From positions 232,120 to 296,119 of IMG/VR virus record IMGVR_UViG_3300035698_035366: a stretch of DNA of 64,000 nt; one strand, written 5' to 3'. Positions 18,254-27,662 of the stretch are shown piece after piece. The notes beneath the pieces are model-generated. The model did no database searches. It had not been told where the DNA came from and was given only the letters and a program-made list of their open reading frames with translations. Position numbers and translations under genes: made by a program. Numbering within the stretch: position 1 is the stretch's first letter; each line of letters starts with the position of its first letter.

Positions 18254-18922
18254 ATGATATATAATGAATTATTAGAAGGCCGCGACGCATCACTTTGGCA
18301 TGGTATACAAATGAAGTATGCCCATGAGATTCTATCTAATATGAAAATAGAAGGTCGAACAACTCAAAGATATTGGCCTGACGGAATGCGGAGAAGAGAA
18401 GATGATCCAGACTATGAAGATAGCTTTTGGATGAAAGGCATTTCAACAACTCGTGATCCGTTATATGCATCTAGTTGGGGAAGCTTAGTTTTAGAATTAG
18501 ATCAAGCAGCGATAACACGGAATTACAAAATTGTTCCGTATAGCTGGGGATTCCATATGAAGGGTGCCAGCACTAAGAGAGAACGAGAAGAATTTATTAT
18601 TCTGTCGATGACTGGCAAGTCTATGAAAGATTATGAAAAAATATCAAATGATTCCATGCAAACTGATAACCCAACAAGTGCAATGAATTTATGGTATGCC
18701 CCAGAAGGAAAAGCATTAGATTTGAACAAATGCTTAAAAGGTGTATACATATCGGATTCAACATTTGAAATATATGGCGAAGATAATGATGAGATACAAT
18801 ACATCATGAAACATCCAAAATTCAAAGGATTGCTTCCAAGCACTATTCGTTCGGACAATCCAGAAAAGAAAGCTGCACGTAAAGAATTACGTGACCGAAT
18901 TAATAGTCAAATCAAAAATTAA
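18254..18922 (+). CDS. Hypothetical late protein (possible ADP-ribosyltransferase-like fold)
   Basis: LWHG...GISTTRD...EREEF pattern; leaderless after TATAAATA. Confidence 0.55.
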   Translation: MIYNELLEGRDASLWHGIQMKYAHEILSNMKIEGRTTQRYWPDGMRRREDDPDYEDSFWMKGISTTRDPLYASSWGSLVLELDQAAITRNYKIVPYSWGFHMKGASTKREREEFIILSMTGKSMKDYEKISNDSMQTDNPTSAMNLWYAPEGKALDLNKCLKGVYISDSTFEIYGEDNDEIQYIMKHPKFKGLLPSTIRSDNPEKKAARKELRDRINSQIKN

Positions 18923-18934
18923 ATTCTATATTAT

Positions 18935-19011
18935 GGTGAGCATGGTGTAGTGGTTGCACAACAGACTGTGACTCTGTTAGAGTTGGGTTCGATTCCCACT
19001 GTTCACCCCCA
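18935..19011 (+). tRNA. tRNA-His(GTG)
   Basis: acaga-ctGTGac-tctgt; G-1 and C73. Confidence 0.9.
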
Positions 19012-19068
19012 CAGTTTGACAACATGACAAATATACTGTATATTTATTTTGTAATTATATGGGATTGA

Positions 19069-19581
19069 ATGATGTCTACTGTTATTTGGTATAAAGGAAA
19101 ATTATATTCCGATAGTCGGGTTACGAATGACTTATTAAATACGGAAACAGGTGATCTAGTAGATAGAATAATTGGAAAAGGTAAGAAACTTTTCCGCCAT
19201 CCCAAGAAAAATAAAATTTATGGTGTTACTGGTACGCTTGAAGGATTCGCTGATTTCAAAAGTCGTGGATATAAAGGATCATTGCGCTGGGGTACTGAAT
19301 CTTCATCGAAAACTTTGGTCATTGAATGGGATGGCGAACATTTGATTGGATGGGTTTACAAGGAAAAATATATCAAATGGCTTAGGATTTACATTTCCAA
19401 GTTTGTAAAAACAAAATATAATTGGAAGGATGCTCCAGAATTCAAGATATCAATGGGATCTGGTACCGAATATGCTAGTGAAATGTTAGATTACGGGTGT
19501 TCAATTAGAGAAGCAATTCAATATGCATCGGATCGAGATGAATATACCGACGATGAAGTTGTTACGTTAGAATTAGAATAA
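19069..19581 (+). CDS. Ntn-hydrolase / proteasome-subunit-like phage protein
   Basis: N-terminal STVIW..GKLYSDSRVT, SMGSG..YA, AI.YA...D.YT pattern. Confidence 0.6.
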   Translation: MMSTVIWYKGKLYSDSRVTNDLLNTETGDLVDRIIGKGKKLFRHPKKNKIYGVTGTLEGFADFKSRGYKGSLRWGTESSSKTLVIEWDGEHLIGWVYKEKYIKWLRIYISKFVKTKYNWKDAPEFKISMGSGTEYASEMLDYGCSIREAIQYASDRDEYTDDEVVTLELE

Positions 19582-19582
19582 T

Positions 19583-19657
19583 GGTCTGTTAGTACAGTGG
19601 CTAGTACCCCCGCCTGATGAGCGGGTAACTCCAGTTCGAATCTGGAACGGACCACCA
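19583..19657 (+). tRNA. tRNA-Ile(GAT)
   Basis: cccgc-ctGATga-gcggg; CCA. Confidence 0.88.
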
Positions 19658-19681
19658 AAAAGGTTTGTAAGATAATCCTAT

Positions 19682-19751
19682 AGCGAGTTGGCCTGGGGCC
19701 GCGCAGTGTTTTGAGCTCTGCTGGGAGGGATCGTAACCTTCACCCGCTGCT
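19682..19751 (+). tRNA. Degenerate tRNA-Gln(TTG)-like
   Basis: gcagtg-ttTTGag-ctctgc; mini D arm; T-loop atcgtaa. Confidence 0.5.
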
Positions 19752-19760
19752 AAAATTTAT

Positions 19761-19834
19761 GGGCTTGTAGCTTAGTTGGCTAAAGCATTCGGTTGATAAC
19801 CGAAAGACCGCTGGTTCGAGTCCAGCCAGGCCCA
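19761..19834 (+). tRNA. tRNA-Ile(GAT)
   Basis: ttcgg-ttGATaa-ccgaa. Confidence 0.92.
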
Positions 19835-19851
19835 CCCAATTTTTTAATCAT

Positions 19852-19927
19852 GGTCTTGTAGTGTTAGCGGCAAGCACGCTGGTTTTGTATTCCAGTAGCC
19901 GGAGTTCGAATCTCCGCGGGACCTCCA
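19852..19927 (+). tRNA. tRNA-Thr(TGT)
   Basis: ctggt-ttTGTat-tccag; CCA. Confidence 0.82.
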
Positions 19928-19939
19928 ATTAGAAGCTTT

Positions 19940-20014
19940 GCCCTTAAAGCATATAAGGTGATGCACGGCTCCCGTAAAGCTGTGAACCACGTTCGAGTCG
20001 TGGTAAGGGCACCA
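19940..20014 (+). tRNA. tRNA-Thr(CGT)
   Basis: cggct-ccCGTaa-agctg; CCA. Confidence 0.82.
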
Positions 20015-20020
20015 ATTTAT

Positions 20021-20097
20021 TGCGGAGTGGAGCAGTGGTCAGCTCGTCGGTCTCATAAGCCGAAGGTCGAAGGTTCGAATCCTTCCTCACGCAACCA
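20021..20097 (+). tRNA. tRNA-fMet(CAT)
   Basis: tgcggagtggagcagtggtcagctcg initiator-type 5' half; ctCATaa; CCA. Confidence 0.88.
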
Positions 20098-20106
20098 AAC
20101 AAAAAT

Positions 20107-20187
20107 CCTCCGGCCGCTGGGACGGGTTGTGGTCTTCTAAGCCCTTGTCTTTGAACTAGCTAGGTTCGATTCCTAGACGGAGGACCA
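20107..20187 (+). tRNA. Atypical tRNA-Arg(TCT)
   Basis: ggt-ctTCTaa-gcc; mini D arm; long variable region; ctaggttcgattcctag; CCA. Confidence 0.6.
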
Positions 20188-20248
20188 ACAATTTGTTGAT
20201 TATTTTTCTATCATGTTGTATAGTAAATTCTTACTATAAGGAAATAAA

Positions 20249-20869
20249 ATGGCCAAGACTATCGACGTACAGAAAATTGTAACAAATTTTCCACAATCAA
20301 GTTTAACATTATATCCAAGGACTAGAACACCTGGATATGATAATGATTCAAGCGAACAATTAATTACAATATTATGTGCTGGCCCCTGGGTTCCTGCTAG
20401 ACAGAACCAGGTTAAAGCTCAAGCGTTGGAATGGTATCGATCGAATAATGTTTCCGACCTGCGCGAACTAAACTTGGTTAATGTTAAGGCTGAAAATCCT
20501 TATCCGTTATTTTGGCAAAAGAAGTTGTTATATAATATAATTGCAACTTGCCAAACATCATTTTATACGTTCAACCAACACGTTGAAAAATGGCGATCAG
20601 ACCAAATACCAAAAAGAGCTATTCTAGATTTTTTCGATTTTTGTGGTGTTGGTGAATCCGGAACAAAAATTTCTTGGTCATTCGTCAGGGACCATTTAGA
20701 TCATGATGGTTTTCCGATTGATAGATGGGTGCGTCGTGGTTTGAAATATTTTGATTTGCCTATTGACGCCCATTATATCATCGAAGCGTGTAATGAAGGC
20801 GGTGTTAACGTTTCGAAATTTAACTACGATATCAAAGCTTTTGCTAGGATGAACAAATTAACTGGATAA
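20249..20869 (+). CDS. HhH-GPD-like DNA glycosylase
   Basis: GVG..G.KI...F......FPIDRWVRR motif; next to denV. Confidence 0.55.
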   Translation: MAKTIDVQKIVTNFPQSSLTLYPRTRTPGYDNDSSEQLITILCAGPWVPARQNQVKAQALEWYRSNNVSDLRELNLVNVKAENPYPLFWQKKLLYNIIATCQTSFYTFNQHVEKWRSDQIPKRAILDFFDFCGVGESGTKISWSFVRDHLDHDGFPIDRWVRRGLKYFDLPIDAHYIIEACNEGGVNVSKFNYDIKAFARMNKLTG

Positions 20870-20870
20870 T

Positions 20871-20940
20871 GCCTTGACCGACTGGACCGGAGTTTGGCCT
20901 CCTAAGCTAAAACCTGCAGGTTCGAATCCTGCTCAGGGCA
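20871..20940 (+). tRNA. tRNA-Arg(CCT), shortened D arm
   Basis: ttggc-ctCCTaa-gctaa; gcaggttcgaatcctgc. Confidence 0.75.
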
Positions 20941-21003
20941 CGAAAAATAACATTTGATAATGAAATAATAATATGTTAAATTATGTTTTGATAGGAGAAC
21001 AAA

Positions 21004-21417
21004 TTGACACGTATTAACATCGTTCCACCCACCGAACTTACTGACCAGCATCTTGTTGCTGAGTACAGAGAAATTTTTATGGTGGGTCCTTCCTTACAAA
21101 GAAGTATTAAAAGCAAGGCTGGGGTGCATGGTATACCGAATCGCTATACCTTAAACAAAGGGCATGTTAAGTTCTTCTATAATAAGGGAAAATATCTGCA
21201 TAACCGGTATTTATCCTTAATAGCAGAAATGAGAGATCGCGGAATGAATCCAAATCCAGATCGTGTTTTTTCGGTTGATCATTTTCCAGATCCATATTAT
21301 AATGACTGGTGTCCAGAAGACGGTGATTTCGACATTGTCCGAGATAGGATTCGGCTTCGGATTTCGGAACGACCCGGGTGGTATAAACGTAACGGAAAAA
21401 AGATTGAGAAGGTGTAA
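21004..21417 (+). CDS. denV: Pyrimidine-dimer DNA glycosylase (endonuclease V)
   Basis: MTRINIVP..L.DQHLVAEYREI, GHVKFFYNKGKYL..RY..L..EM..RG. Confidence 0.95.
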   Translation: MTRINIVPPTELTDQHLVAEYREIFMVGPSLQRSIKSKAGVHGIPNRYTLNKGHVKFFYNKGKYLHNRYLSLIAEMRDRGMNPNPDRVFSVDHFPDPYYNDWCPEDGDFDIVRDRIRLRISERPGWYKRNGKKIEKV

Positions 21418-21418
21418 A

Positions 21419-21832
21419 ATGGCTGTTTTCAAATTAACCGGAACTGATGCAACTGATGACGAGCAGAAAAGAGGATCATTTATTAATGCCATAGCTCGCA
21501 GTTTGGAGGCTGTTAAGGAACACCCGGCTCTTAACGAATCAGCCCACCAAGCGAATGTTCAAGATATTCAAGATGAAGTTGTTGCGTTTACCGGGTTTAA
21601 GATTAAGACGACAAATCGAAAATCGAATTATTACGAGACTCATCGATTTGATATTAAGGGATTTAATGTCCCCGGAACGTCTCTAAAGTTTGATTGTTGT
21701 TACCAGATGAATTTTACCCAAAAGAACGCTATTGCGTTGGAAAGCCATTTGGTGGCAGTATTTCCGAATCTTAAGATTAACGTTAGTTTTGGTGATGGTA
21801 AGGCACGTTTTGTTGTTCATGTTTGCCTGTAA
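21419..21832 (+). CDS. Hypothetical protein
   Basis: Likely start ATG 21419 immediately after denV. Confidence 0.6.
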   Translation: MAVFKLTGTDATDDEQKRGSFINAIARSLEAVKEHPALNESAHQANVQDIQDEVVAFTGFKIKTTNRKSNYYETHRFDIKGFNVPGTSLKFDCCYQMNFTQKNAIALESHLVAVFPNLKINVSFGDGKARFVVHVCL

Positions 21833-22217
21833 AGGTTGACATTGATCTATATGATGTTAAAATAATACATAACGAATAACGTTTACGAATTGTTATAATT
21901 TTTGGAAAGGATGATGGTTATGAGTCTTGAGATCGTCGACGTTTATCAGACGTCAGTTGGTTATTTTCGAACTCTTGAAGAGGCATCTCGGAAGAAGAAT
22001 TGTCCAAAAACCACGGGTGGTGGATGGCGTGAACCCAACGTCAGAGAGATGCCCAAAATGGTATCAGCGTTGATTGATATCGATACCCAAAGGGTATTCC
22101 GATTGGAGAATATTGATCTAATAGTCGAATAATATTCGACAATTTTCTGAGATAAGGTTGACAGCCTGTCAATTTATGCTATAATTATGGCATAAGCAAA
22201 CAACAGGAGATCGAAAC

Positions 22218-23411
22218 ATGGATGCAAAACAGTTTATAGAGATCGGAAATACGGTGTTTGGTGTTGATACCCGTTGGGGTTCTAAGATGGCAACAGCCAT
22301 TGGTGTAACACCAGCCACTGTTTCGAATATCCGCACCGGTCGCGCCAACATTAGCGAAAAACTCACAAACCGTATCGCTGCACTGGTTGCAAATCGTAAA
22401 GTTGATACTGAAGGTGCAATTAGCTTCGCAGACACCGAAATTGCAGGCGATGCATGTTTTAAGCTTCGGCTTACAGCAACTGATCTTTCCAGCAATAAGT
22501 TTGTTAAGGTTGCTGATGTTAACCCGGCGCTGTTTTTCCCGCGCTTTGCTCCTGAGCCGCAGGTTATGGTTCAGCAGTTTGTCCAGGGTAGTAAGACTGC
22601 GCCGACGGCTTGCAGCGACGATAACCTGACAGACCAGGAAATTTTGGATCGAATTGGTAAGCGTGTTCGTGTTATGGACACCATTACCAACAGTGTTATT
22701 GCTGGTGATATTCCGAGCATGGTTGTTTACGGCGCCCCCGGGGTTGGAAAAAGCTACTCAGTTATGAAGGCGCTGAATGATACGGCGCGGTCGGATACGG
22801 AATTCAAGTTTGACGTGATCAAGGGTTCAGTAACAGCCGCTGGGCTTTACCGAGCACTGTTCAACCAGCGCAACGGCGGTATTGTTATGCTTGATGATTC
22901 GGATTCGATCTTCAAGGACGAGGAAAGCTTGAACCTCTTGAAGGCCGCTCTTGATAGCAGCGATGTTCGCCAGCTCAGCTGGAGGAAACAGTCTCGCTGG
23001 TTGGAAGAGCTTGCTGAAGAAAACGGTTTACGCCTGGAAGACGTCCAGGACTTTGAGTTTGAGGGTGGTGTAATTTTTATCACCAACATCAACCTCAAGG
23101 AGAAAGCACAGGCCGATTCGCGGATGTCACCGCATTACTCGGCTCTTATTAGCCGGTCGTTTTATGTGGACCTTACAACTGACAGTACCCGCGCCCGGTC
23201 CCTTCGTGTTAAGCAGGTGTTTGTTGACGGTACGATGGCAACGGCGCTTGGACTGGATGCGGATCAGGCGGAAGAGATTATGGAGTTTATTTCCGAGAAC
23301 AAGGATGAACTGATGGAAGTCAGCCTTCGGATGGCGAACTCAATTGCCAAGCTTTACCTGGCGGACGCTGACACTTGGAAAGAGATCGTCGAAGTGACGA
23401 AGATGAAATAA
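22218..23411 (+). CDS. HTH + AAA ATPase protein
   Basis: N-terminal HTH (MATAIGVTPATVSNIRTG); Walker A GAPGVGKS; Walker B VMLDD; IFITN. Confidence 0.85.
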   Translation: MDAKQFIEIGNTVFGVDTRWGSKMATAIGVTPATVSNIRTGRANISEKLTNRIAALVANRKVDTEGAISFADTEIAGDACFKLRLTATDLSSNKFVKVADVNPALFFPRFAPEPQVMVQQFVQGSKTAPTACSDDNLTDQEILDRIGKRVRVMDTITNSVIAGDIPSMVVYGAPGVGKSYSVMKALNDTARSDTEFKFDVIKGSVTAAGLYRALFNQRNGGIVMLDDSDSIFKDEESLNLLKAALDSSDVRQLSWRKQSRWLEELAEENGLRLEDVQDFEFEGGVIFITNINLKEKAQADSRMSPHYSALISRSFYVDLTTDSTRARSLRVKQVFVDGTMATALGLDADQAEEIMEFISENKDELMEVSLRMANSIAKLYLADADTWKEIVEVTKMK

Positions 23412-23413
23412 GG

Positions 23414-23761
23414 ATGGAAACGATGGAACAAGACCTATTATTATCATGTCCCTGGGTCAATATAACGGTTCTAGGGAAAACGTCGACCCTCAACTCAGTT
23501 GAAATCGAAGGTTGTAATTTATTTACGCGCCGAATACCAATTAAATGGCCAACGGCTGATTACATTGTAAATTTTATTGACGCCGACGATGAAAACGGTT
23601 ATGATTATGTCATGGTCCATGATCGAGACTTTACTAAAGTGGAATTCATATATGATGTTTCTGCTGAATGCTGGATTGATGTCGAAGTGTTTGATTCGGA
23701 ATCCAATACTTTTAGTGCCGATGAATATATGAATCGAGCAAAGTTTTTAGTTAATAAATAA
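23414..23761 (+). CDS. Hypothetical protein
   Basis: ORF follows the ATPase; start uncertain. Confidence 0.5.
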   Translation: METMEQDLLLSCPWVNITVLGKTSTLNSVEIEGCNLFTRRIPIKWPTADYIVNFIDADDENGYDYVMVHDRDFTKVEFIYDVSAECWIDVEVFDSESNTFSADEYMNRAKFLVNK

Positions 23762-23767
23762 CACGAT

Positions 23768-23836
23768 GGCGGTCGTGCAAGGTCACAGTTACCCTTCATA
23801 CGGGTGATCTGCCAGGCGCAATACCTGGGTCCGCTA
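23768..23836 (+). tRNA. Atypical tRNA-Met(CAT)
   Basis: ttaccc-ttCATac-gggtga; mini D arm; T arm ccagg-cgcaata-cctgg. Confidence 0.6.
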
Positions 23837-23840
23837 CAAA

Positions 23841-23974
23841 CGAGCCGAAGACAAATGGGTTATCATCTTGAAAATGGCCAGCGGGGGTTCGAATCCCTCA
23901 CCTTCCACTAATTTATATATGGGAGGTTAGTGTAGCGGATAGCACGGAAACGCTCCATAGTCATAACTTGCTCG
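23841..23974 (+). ncRNA. Y RNA-like (YrlA-type) RNA
   Basis: cgagcCGAAg.../...cttgctcg terminal stem with the GNCGAAG motif; T arm precedes a closed acceptor stem (accttcca/tgggaggt) then the D arm; cat-ctTGAaa-atg hairpin. Confidence 0.8.
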
Positions 23975-23980
23975 TTTTAT

Positions 23981-24055
23981 GGGGTACGCTCTGGGGAAGC
24001 GGTTTGCACCTGCAATGCGAATGTCTGCCGAATTCGATTTTCGGGTACTCCACCA
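23981..24055 (+). tRNA. tRNA-Ala(TGC), atypical
   Basis: G3:U70; ttgca-ccTGCaa-tgcga; CCA. Confidence 0.75.
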
Positions 24056-24120
24056 AATAACGCTTAATCAAGCGTTATATTGACTTGCATAATAAATATC
24101 GCTATAATAGAGGTATTAAT

Positions 24121-24717
24121 ATGGCTACGTATGAAGATATTGATCTCGACGTTGTAGACTTTGAAGGTTGCGAAGAAGGTTATAGAGAACCAAAGCGTGC
24201 AAAACGCCGTCGGGTAAGAGAACAAAAAATTGAATATACAAAGAAATGGTTAAAAGCAGAACGGAGTCGATACAAAGTTAAAGAACCACATCGCTATCTG
24301 TTTTTAGACCCAGAAGATGATGAAGATATGATGTTTATATGGTCTCTAACAGATGATGATCTAAAACCGTTTAGGGGGTTTCGAAATGAAATCGTTTATT
24401 ACATTGAGGGTTATGGAGTTAAAAATCCGCCAGTGCCATTAATTGATTGGTGTGGACATGAATACACACCAGATTTACCGTTTTTAACTGATGAAGATAT
24501 TGATAAATCAATACGAGCTGAAGCTGTAAAAATTCACAACACACCCAAGCAATGTAATTGTGATTCTTGTAGCAATAAGCGTTCTTATCGTGGAAAGAAA
24601 TATGGTACACGGCAAGAAAGAAGAGCAAGAGAGTCTTTTATAAATATTATGGAAGAATTTGGATACAACCCAAACCCGTTTGTTGGGAAGAGAATAACAA
24701 AGGGTAATGGTTGGTAA
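24121..24717 (+). CDS. Hypothetical protein (C-x-C-x2-C motif)
   Basis: PKQCNCDSCSNKR...TRQERR; RBS gagg. Confidence 0.65.
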   Translation: MATYEDIDLDVVDFEGCEEGYREPKRAKRRRVREQKIEYTKKWLKAERSRYKVKEPHRYLFLDPEDDEDMMFIWSLTDDDLKPFRGFRNEIVYYIEGYGVKNPPVPLIDWCGHEYTPDLPFLTDEDIDKSIRAEAVKIHNTPKQCNCDSCSNKRSYRGKKYGTRQERRARESFINIMEEFGYNPNPFVGKRITKGNGW

Positions 24718-24722
24718 GAAAT

Positions 24723-24805
24723 GGAAGCTTAATTGGGCTGGGCCCGAGACCGCCTTGAAAGCGGATCGTACCGAGAGGTATGGGGTTCGATTCCTCAGGC
24801 TTCCG
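24723..24805 (+). tRNA. tRNA-Ser(TGA)
   Basis: ccgc-ctTGAaa-gcgg; long variable arm; G73. Confidence 0.87.
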
Positions 24806-24815
24806 CAGAATTTAT

Positions 24816-24889
24816 TGGGGTATAGTATAATGGTAGTGCAGAGGGTTTTGATCCCTCTGGCCCGGGTTCGATTCCTGGTACCCCAGCCA
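24816..24889 (+). tRNA. tRNA-Gln(TTG)
   Basis: gaggg-ttTTGat-ccctc; CCA. Confidence 0.92.
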
Positions 24890-25168
24890 AATATTAAAGT
24901 TGGTTATAATGAAATATATTGATAAATTTTTAAGTAAATTACCGCATAGGAATAGAATTAATTTAACTCCAGATCAATGCGGAACGGTATGGGTTTCACT
25001 AAATGAACATACGCAATCAGGCAGTGTTGTCATTCGTTCCGACATAAAACAGTGGTTAGAGGATAATAATATTCATTACCAATTTATTGGTCATAGAAAA
25101 CAGTTATGTTTTTTGAAGAAGAATGATGCTATAATGTTCCAGTTAACCTGGGTAGAATAGAATTTAAT

Positions 25169-25256
25169 GGAAAGTAAATCTAGCAGGGTCTAGAGGGGGA
25201 TTGCTAATCCTTTCGCACTTGAAAAATAGTGTTCGGTTCGAGTCCGATGCTTTCCT
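25169..25256 (+). tRNA. tRNA-Ser(GCT)
   Basis: gggga-ttGCTaa-tcctt; long variable arm. Confidence 0.85.
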
Positions 25257-25260
25257 CAAA

Positions 25261-25377
25261 GGGCCGATAATAAAAGGTTACCCAAACAGCAGGTCGTGAG
25301 TTCAAACCTCACTCGCAGTCATTGTTGATTGTGATAGCTCAGTTGGTAGAGCAGCCGTCATTACGCTTTTATTGCCC
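25261..25377 (+). ncRNA. Y RNA-like (YrlA-type) RNA
   Basis: gggcCGA..aataaaag/cttttatt-gccc stem; T arm, closed acceptor tcgcagtca-ttgt-tgattgtga, then D arm tagctcagttggtagagc. Confidence 0.8.
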
Positions 25378-25393
25378 ACTTGCCCTTTACTTT

Positions 25394-25477
25394 GGACGAT
25401 AATCTTGGATGGGTCCAAGGACTGCCTCGAAAACAGATTGTACCGAAAGGTATCTGGTTCAATTCCAGTGTCGTCCG
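25394..25477 (+). tRNA. tRNA-Ser(CGA)
   Basis: ctgc-ctCGAaa-acag; variable arm taccgaaaggta; G73. Confidence 0.82.
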
Positions 25478-25490
25478 CACGAGGATTAAA

Positions 25491-25697
25491 ATGAGATATC
25501 TAACAGACAAAAAACGCCATCTTATATGTGAACCATATAGTATAGAAAATTTGCATATTATGGCAAATGATTTAGGTATCAAACGTTGTTGGTTCCATCG
25601 AACACATTATGATATACCAAAGAGAAGAATAAAAGAAATTGAGGACCAATGCGAGATAGTATCATCGCAAGATATTGTTCGTATAATTAAAATTTAA
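25491..25697 (+). CDS. DUF4031-like small protein
   Basis: HLI...S.ENLH.MA..LGIKRCWFH..HYDI. Confidence 0.75.
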   Translation: MRYLTDKKRHLICEPYSIENLHIMANDLGIKRCWFHRTHYDIPKRRIKEIEDQCEIVSSQDIVRIIKI

Positions 25698-25788
25698 TGC
25701 CGTCAGAACAAGTGTTCAGAGGGGTCTTATAAGCCCTTTCCACCAGATTAGTGGCTTTGGCTGGGAGCGTTACCCAGGGCGGCGACCA
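25698..25788 (+). tRNA. tRNA-Ile(TAT), atypical D arm, variable arm and T-loop
   Basis: ggggt-ctTATaa-gccct; D arm gaac-aagt-gttc; T-loop agcgtta; A73-CCA. Confidence 0.7.
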
Positions 25789-25859
25789 ACTAAGTAAATT
25801 CTTGTCTTATTGAAGAATAAAGTATAAATAATAAAAACACTTTATGCAAGGATTTCAAA

Positions 25860-26417
25860 ATGTCAAAAGAACTTAAAAAACATATGCGCACAATGCTTGA
25901 TCTAATGGAGGCTGATGTTACTCAGGGACCTTGGACTGGTCAAGGTGTTGGTCCGCAACAAGGTACAGGTAATATGTACAATATGACGACAGGACAGAAA
26001 GTCACTGGTCCAATGGATATGTCAAAGGCTGAAAAGCTAGATCTAGCTGATGTTTTTGGTGGCGATGAATATTCAACTATTAGAAAGCTCGGTTATACAT
26101 GGTTTGAAAAGCCAGGATATTTTAGTGATATTAAGGAGAAGACTTCCATTCCAAGAGGCGAGGTCGCCCGAGTTGAGCGTGCAATTGGTAGAAAATTAGA
26201 AAATGTTTACATGGGTGATTTAATAGTTCCATTTAAAGATGGGAATTATTATCCACAAGCTGATGCTGATTTTGAACGTTACCCAGAAGAAACTGTAATT
26301 GTCACTGTCAGTAAATGGGACGCAGAAGATAGCGATGAAGTTAGAGATGGTGATATATTTCTTGCAAACCGTACAGGTGCAAGCAAGTATTATCGTATGT
26401 GGATGCGCGTCATTTAA
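25860..26417 (+). CDS. Hypothetical late protein
   Basis: TATAAATA and RBS aagga upstream. Confidence 0.65.
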   Translation: MSKELKKHMRTMLDLMEADVTQGPWTGQGVGPQQGTGNMYNMTTGQKVTGPMDMSKAEKLDLADVFGGDEYSTIRKLGYTWFEKPGYFSDIKEKTSIPRGEVARVERAIGRKLENVYMGDLIVPFKDGNYYPQADADFERYPEETVIVTVSKWDAEDSDEVRDGDIFLANRTGASKYYRMWMRVI

Positions 26418-26429
26418 TCTCAAGTTTAT

Positions 26430-26503
26430 AGGGGGATAGTATAATGGTAGTGCAGCGGGTTCTGATCCCGCTGGTCGGGGTTCGATTCCCTGTCCCCCTG
26501 CCA
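26430..26503 (+). tRNA. tRNA-Gln(CTG)
   Basis: gcggg-ttCTGat-cccgc; CCA. Confidence 0.92.
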
Positions 26504-26688
26504 AATGAGAAAATTTATAATTATCTCAATATTTTGTTTTCTAACAAGCTGTACATCATATAGCCAATGTGCCAAGAATGGTGAAAATTGGGGGTATGTT
26601 TATGGTATATTTAAAACTAAAAATCCAGTTAAAATTAAAATCTATTCAATAGTAGGCCAAGAAATAGGTTCTAAATATTGCAAATAAC

Positions 26689-26760
26689 GCCGGTATAGTG
26701 ATAATGGTAGCACGAGGCATTGGTAATGCTTTAGTGGTGGTTCAATTCCTCCTATCGGCA
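26689..26760 (+). tRNA. tRNA-Thr(GGT)
   Basis: aggca-ttGGTaa-tgctt. Confidence 0.87.
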
Positions 26761-26872
26761 CTCAATTAAAAGGTTGACTAATGATGTAATCGTGTTATAA
26801 TAAAACATATTAAGGGAATGCCACGCGCCCATGCATATTGCAGAAAAACGTAAACTCCAATGGAGAAGCACA

Positions 26873-27607
26873 ATGGATCGAAAAGTTTGGAACATCGAAG
26901 AGTTTAACAAGGTTAATCTCCCCGAGGTTATTGGTTCAATAACCAATCGAAATAGATTCTCAGAATTTAACAGGACTCGCGTATTGGACCTGCCAATTCA
27001 TATGCCCGGGCAGGGATGGAAGATTCCATCCGAGATTAATAATTTCTTAGAACCAATCAAATTGGCTGCAAAAGCTGAAAGCCGCTTTGGTGATTTCCTA
27101 AACACTCATTACGTTTATGTGACAATTGATCAAAAGGTTGTCCAAGCCGGGAAGACTGGCCGTCGTGCTGGCGCCCATTCGGATGCCTATATAGAAGTAG
27201 ACGAAGAACAGCTTGATCTGATAGCTGAAAATGCTGATGCTATCGCTAAAGAAAAACAAGAAGTATCACATACATATGTTATTGCTGATCAAGTACCAAC
27301 GGAGTTTTTCAATGCGAAATTCCCGTTAGTGGATAGTTCATGCAACGGCGGATCATTAAAAACTTTTGATGAGATTGCAGAAAAAGCAGAAATAATAACG
27401 TATCCAGGATACACGTTGCTTCGTATGGATCCATATGTTGTTCACAGAAGCGCATTGGTTACAGAGACGATGGAACGAACATTTATGAAAATTAGCTTTT
27501 CGCGCAAAAAATATGCGAGGAAAGGAAATACAGTTAACCCAGGATTTGAATATGACTGGGAATTGACAGCGCGTTCACCTGATAAAAGAAATCATCCCTG
27601 GAAATAG
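26873..27607 (+). CDS. Putative 2OG-Fe(II) dioxygenase
   Basis: H-S-D ... VVHRS ... RTFMKISFS pattern; start 26873 after ggag. Confidence 0.55.
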   Translation: MDRKVWNIEEFNKVNLPEVIGSITNRNRFSEFNRTRVLDLPIHMPGQGWKIPSEINNFLEPIKLAAKAESRFGDFLNTHYVYVTIDQKVVQAGKTGRRAGAHSDAYIEVDEEQLDLIAENADAIAKEKQEVSHTYVIADQVPTEFFNAKFPLVDSSCNGGSLKTFDEIAEKAEIITYPGYTLLRMDPYVVHRSALVTETMERTFMKISFSRKKYARKGNTVNPGFEYDWELTARSPDKRNHPWK

Positions 27608-27662
27608 ATAGATAACTATACAATAATATTGTATACTGTTATCTTAATATAGGAGCGTTATT

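Noticed and set aside
11978-20140. Short ORFs overlapping the tRNA array (e.g. 12595-, 13418-, 13507-, 14990+, 15138-, 16339+, 17583+, 19958+)
   Set aside because: They coincide with tRNA/ncRNA genes, lack an RBS and have no protein-like features; shadow ORFs.
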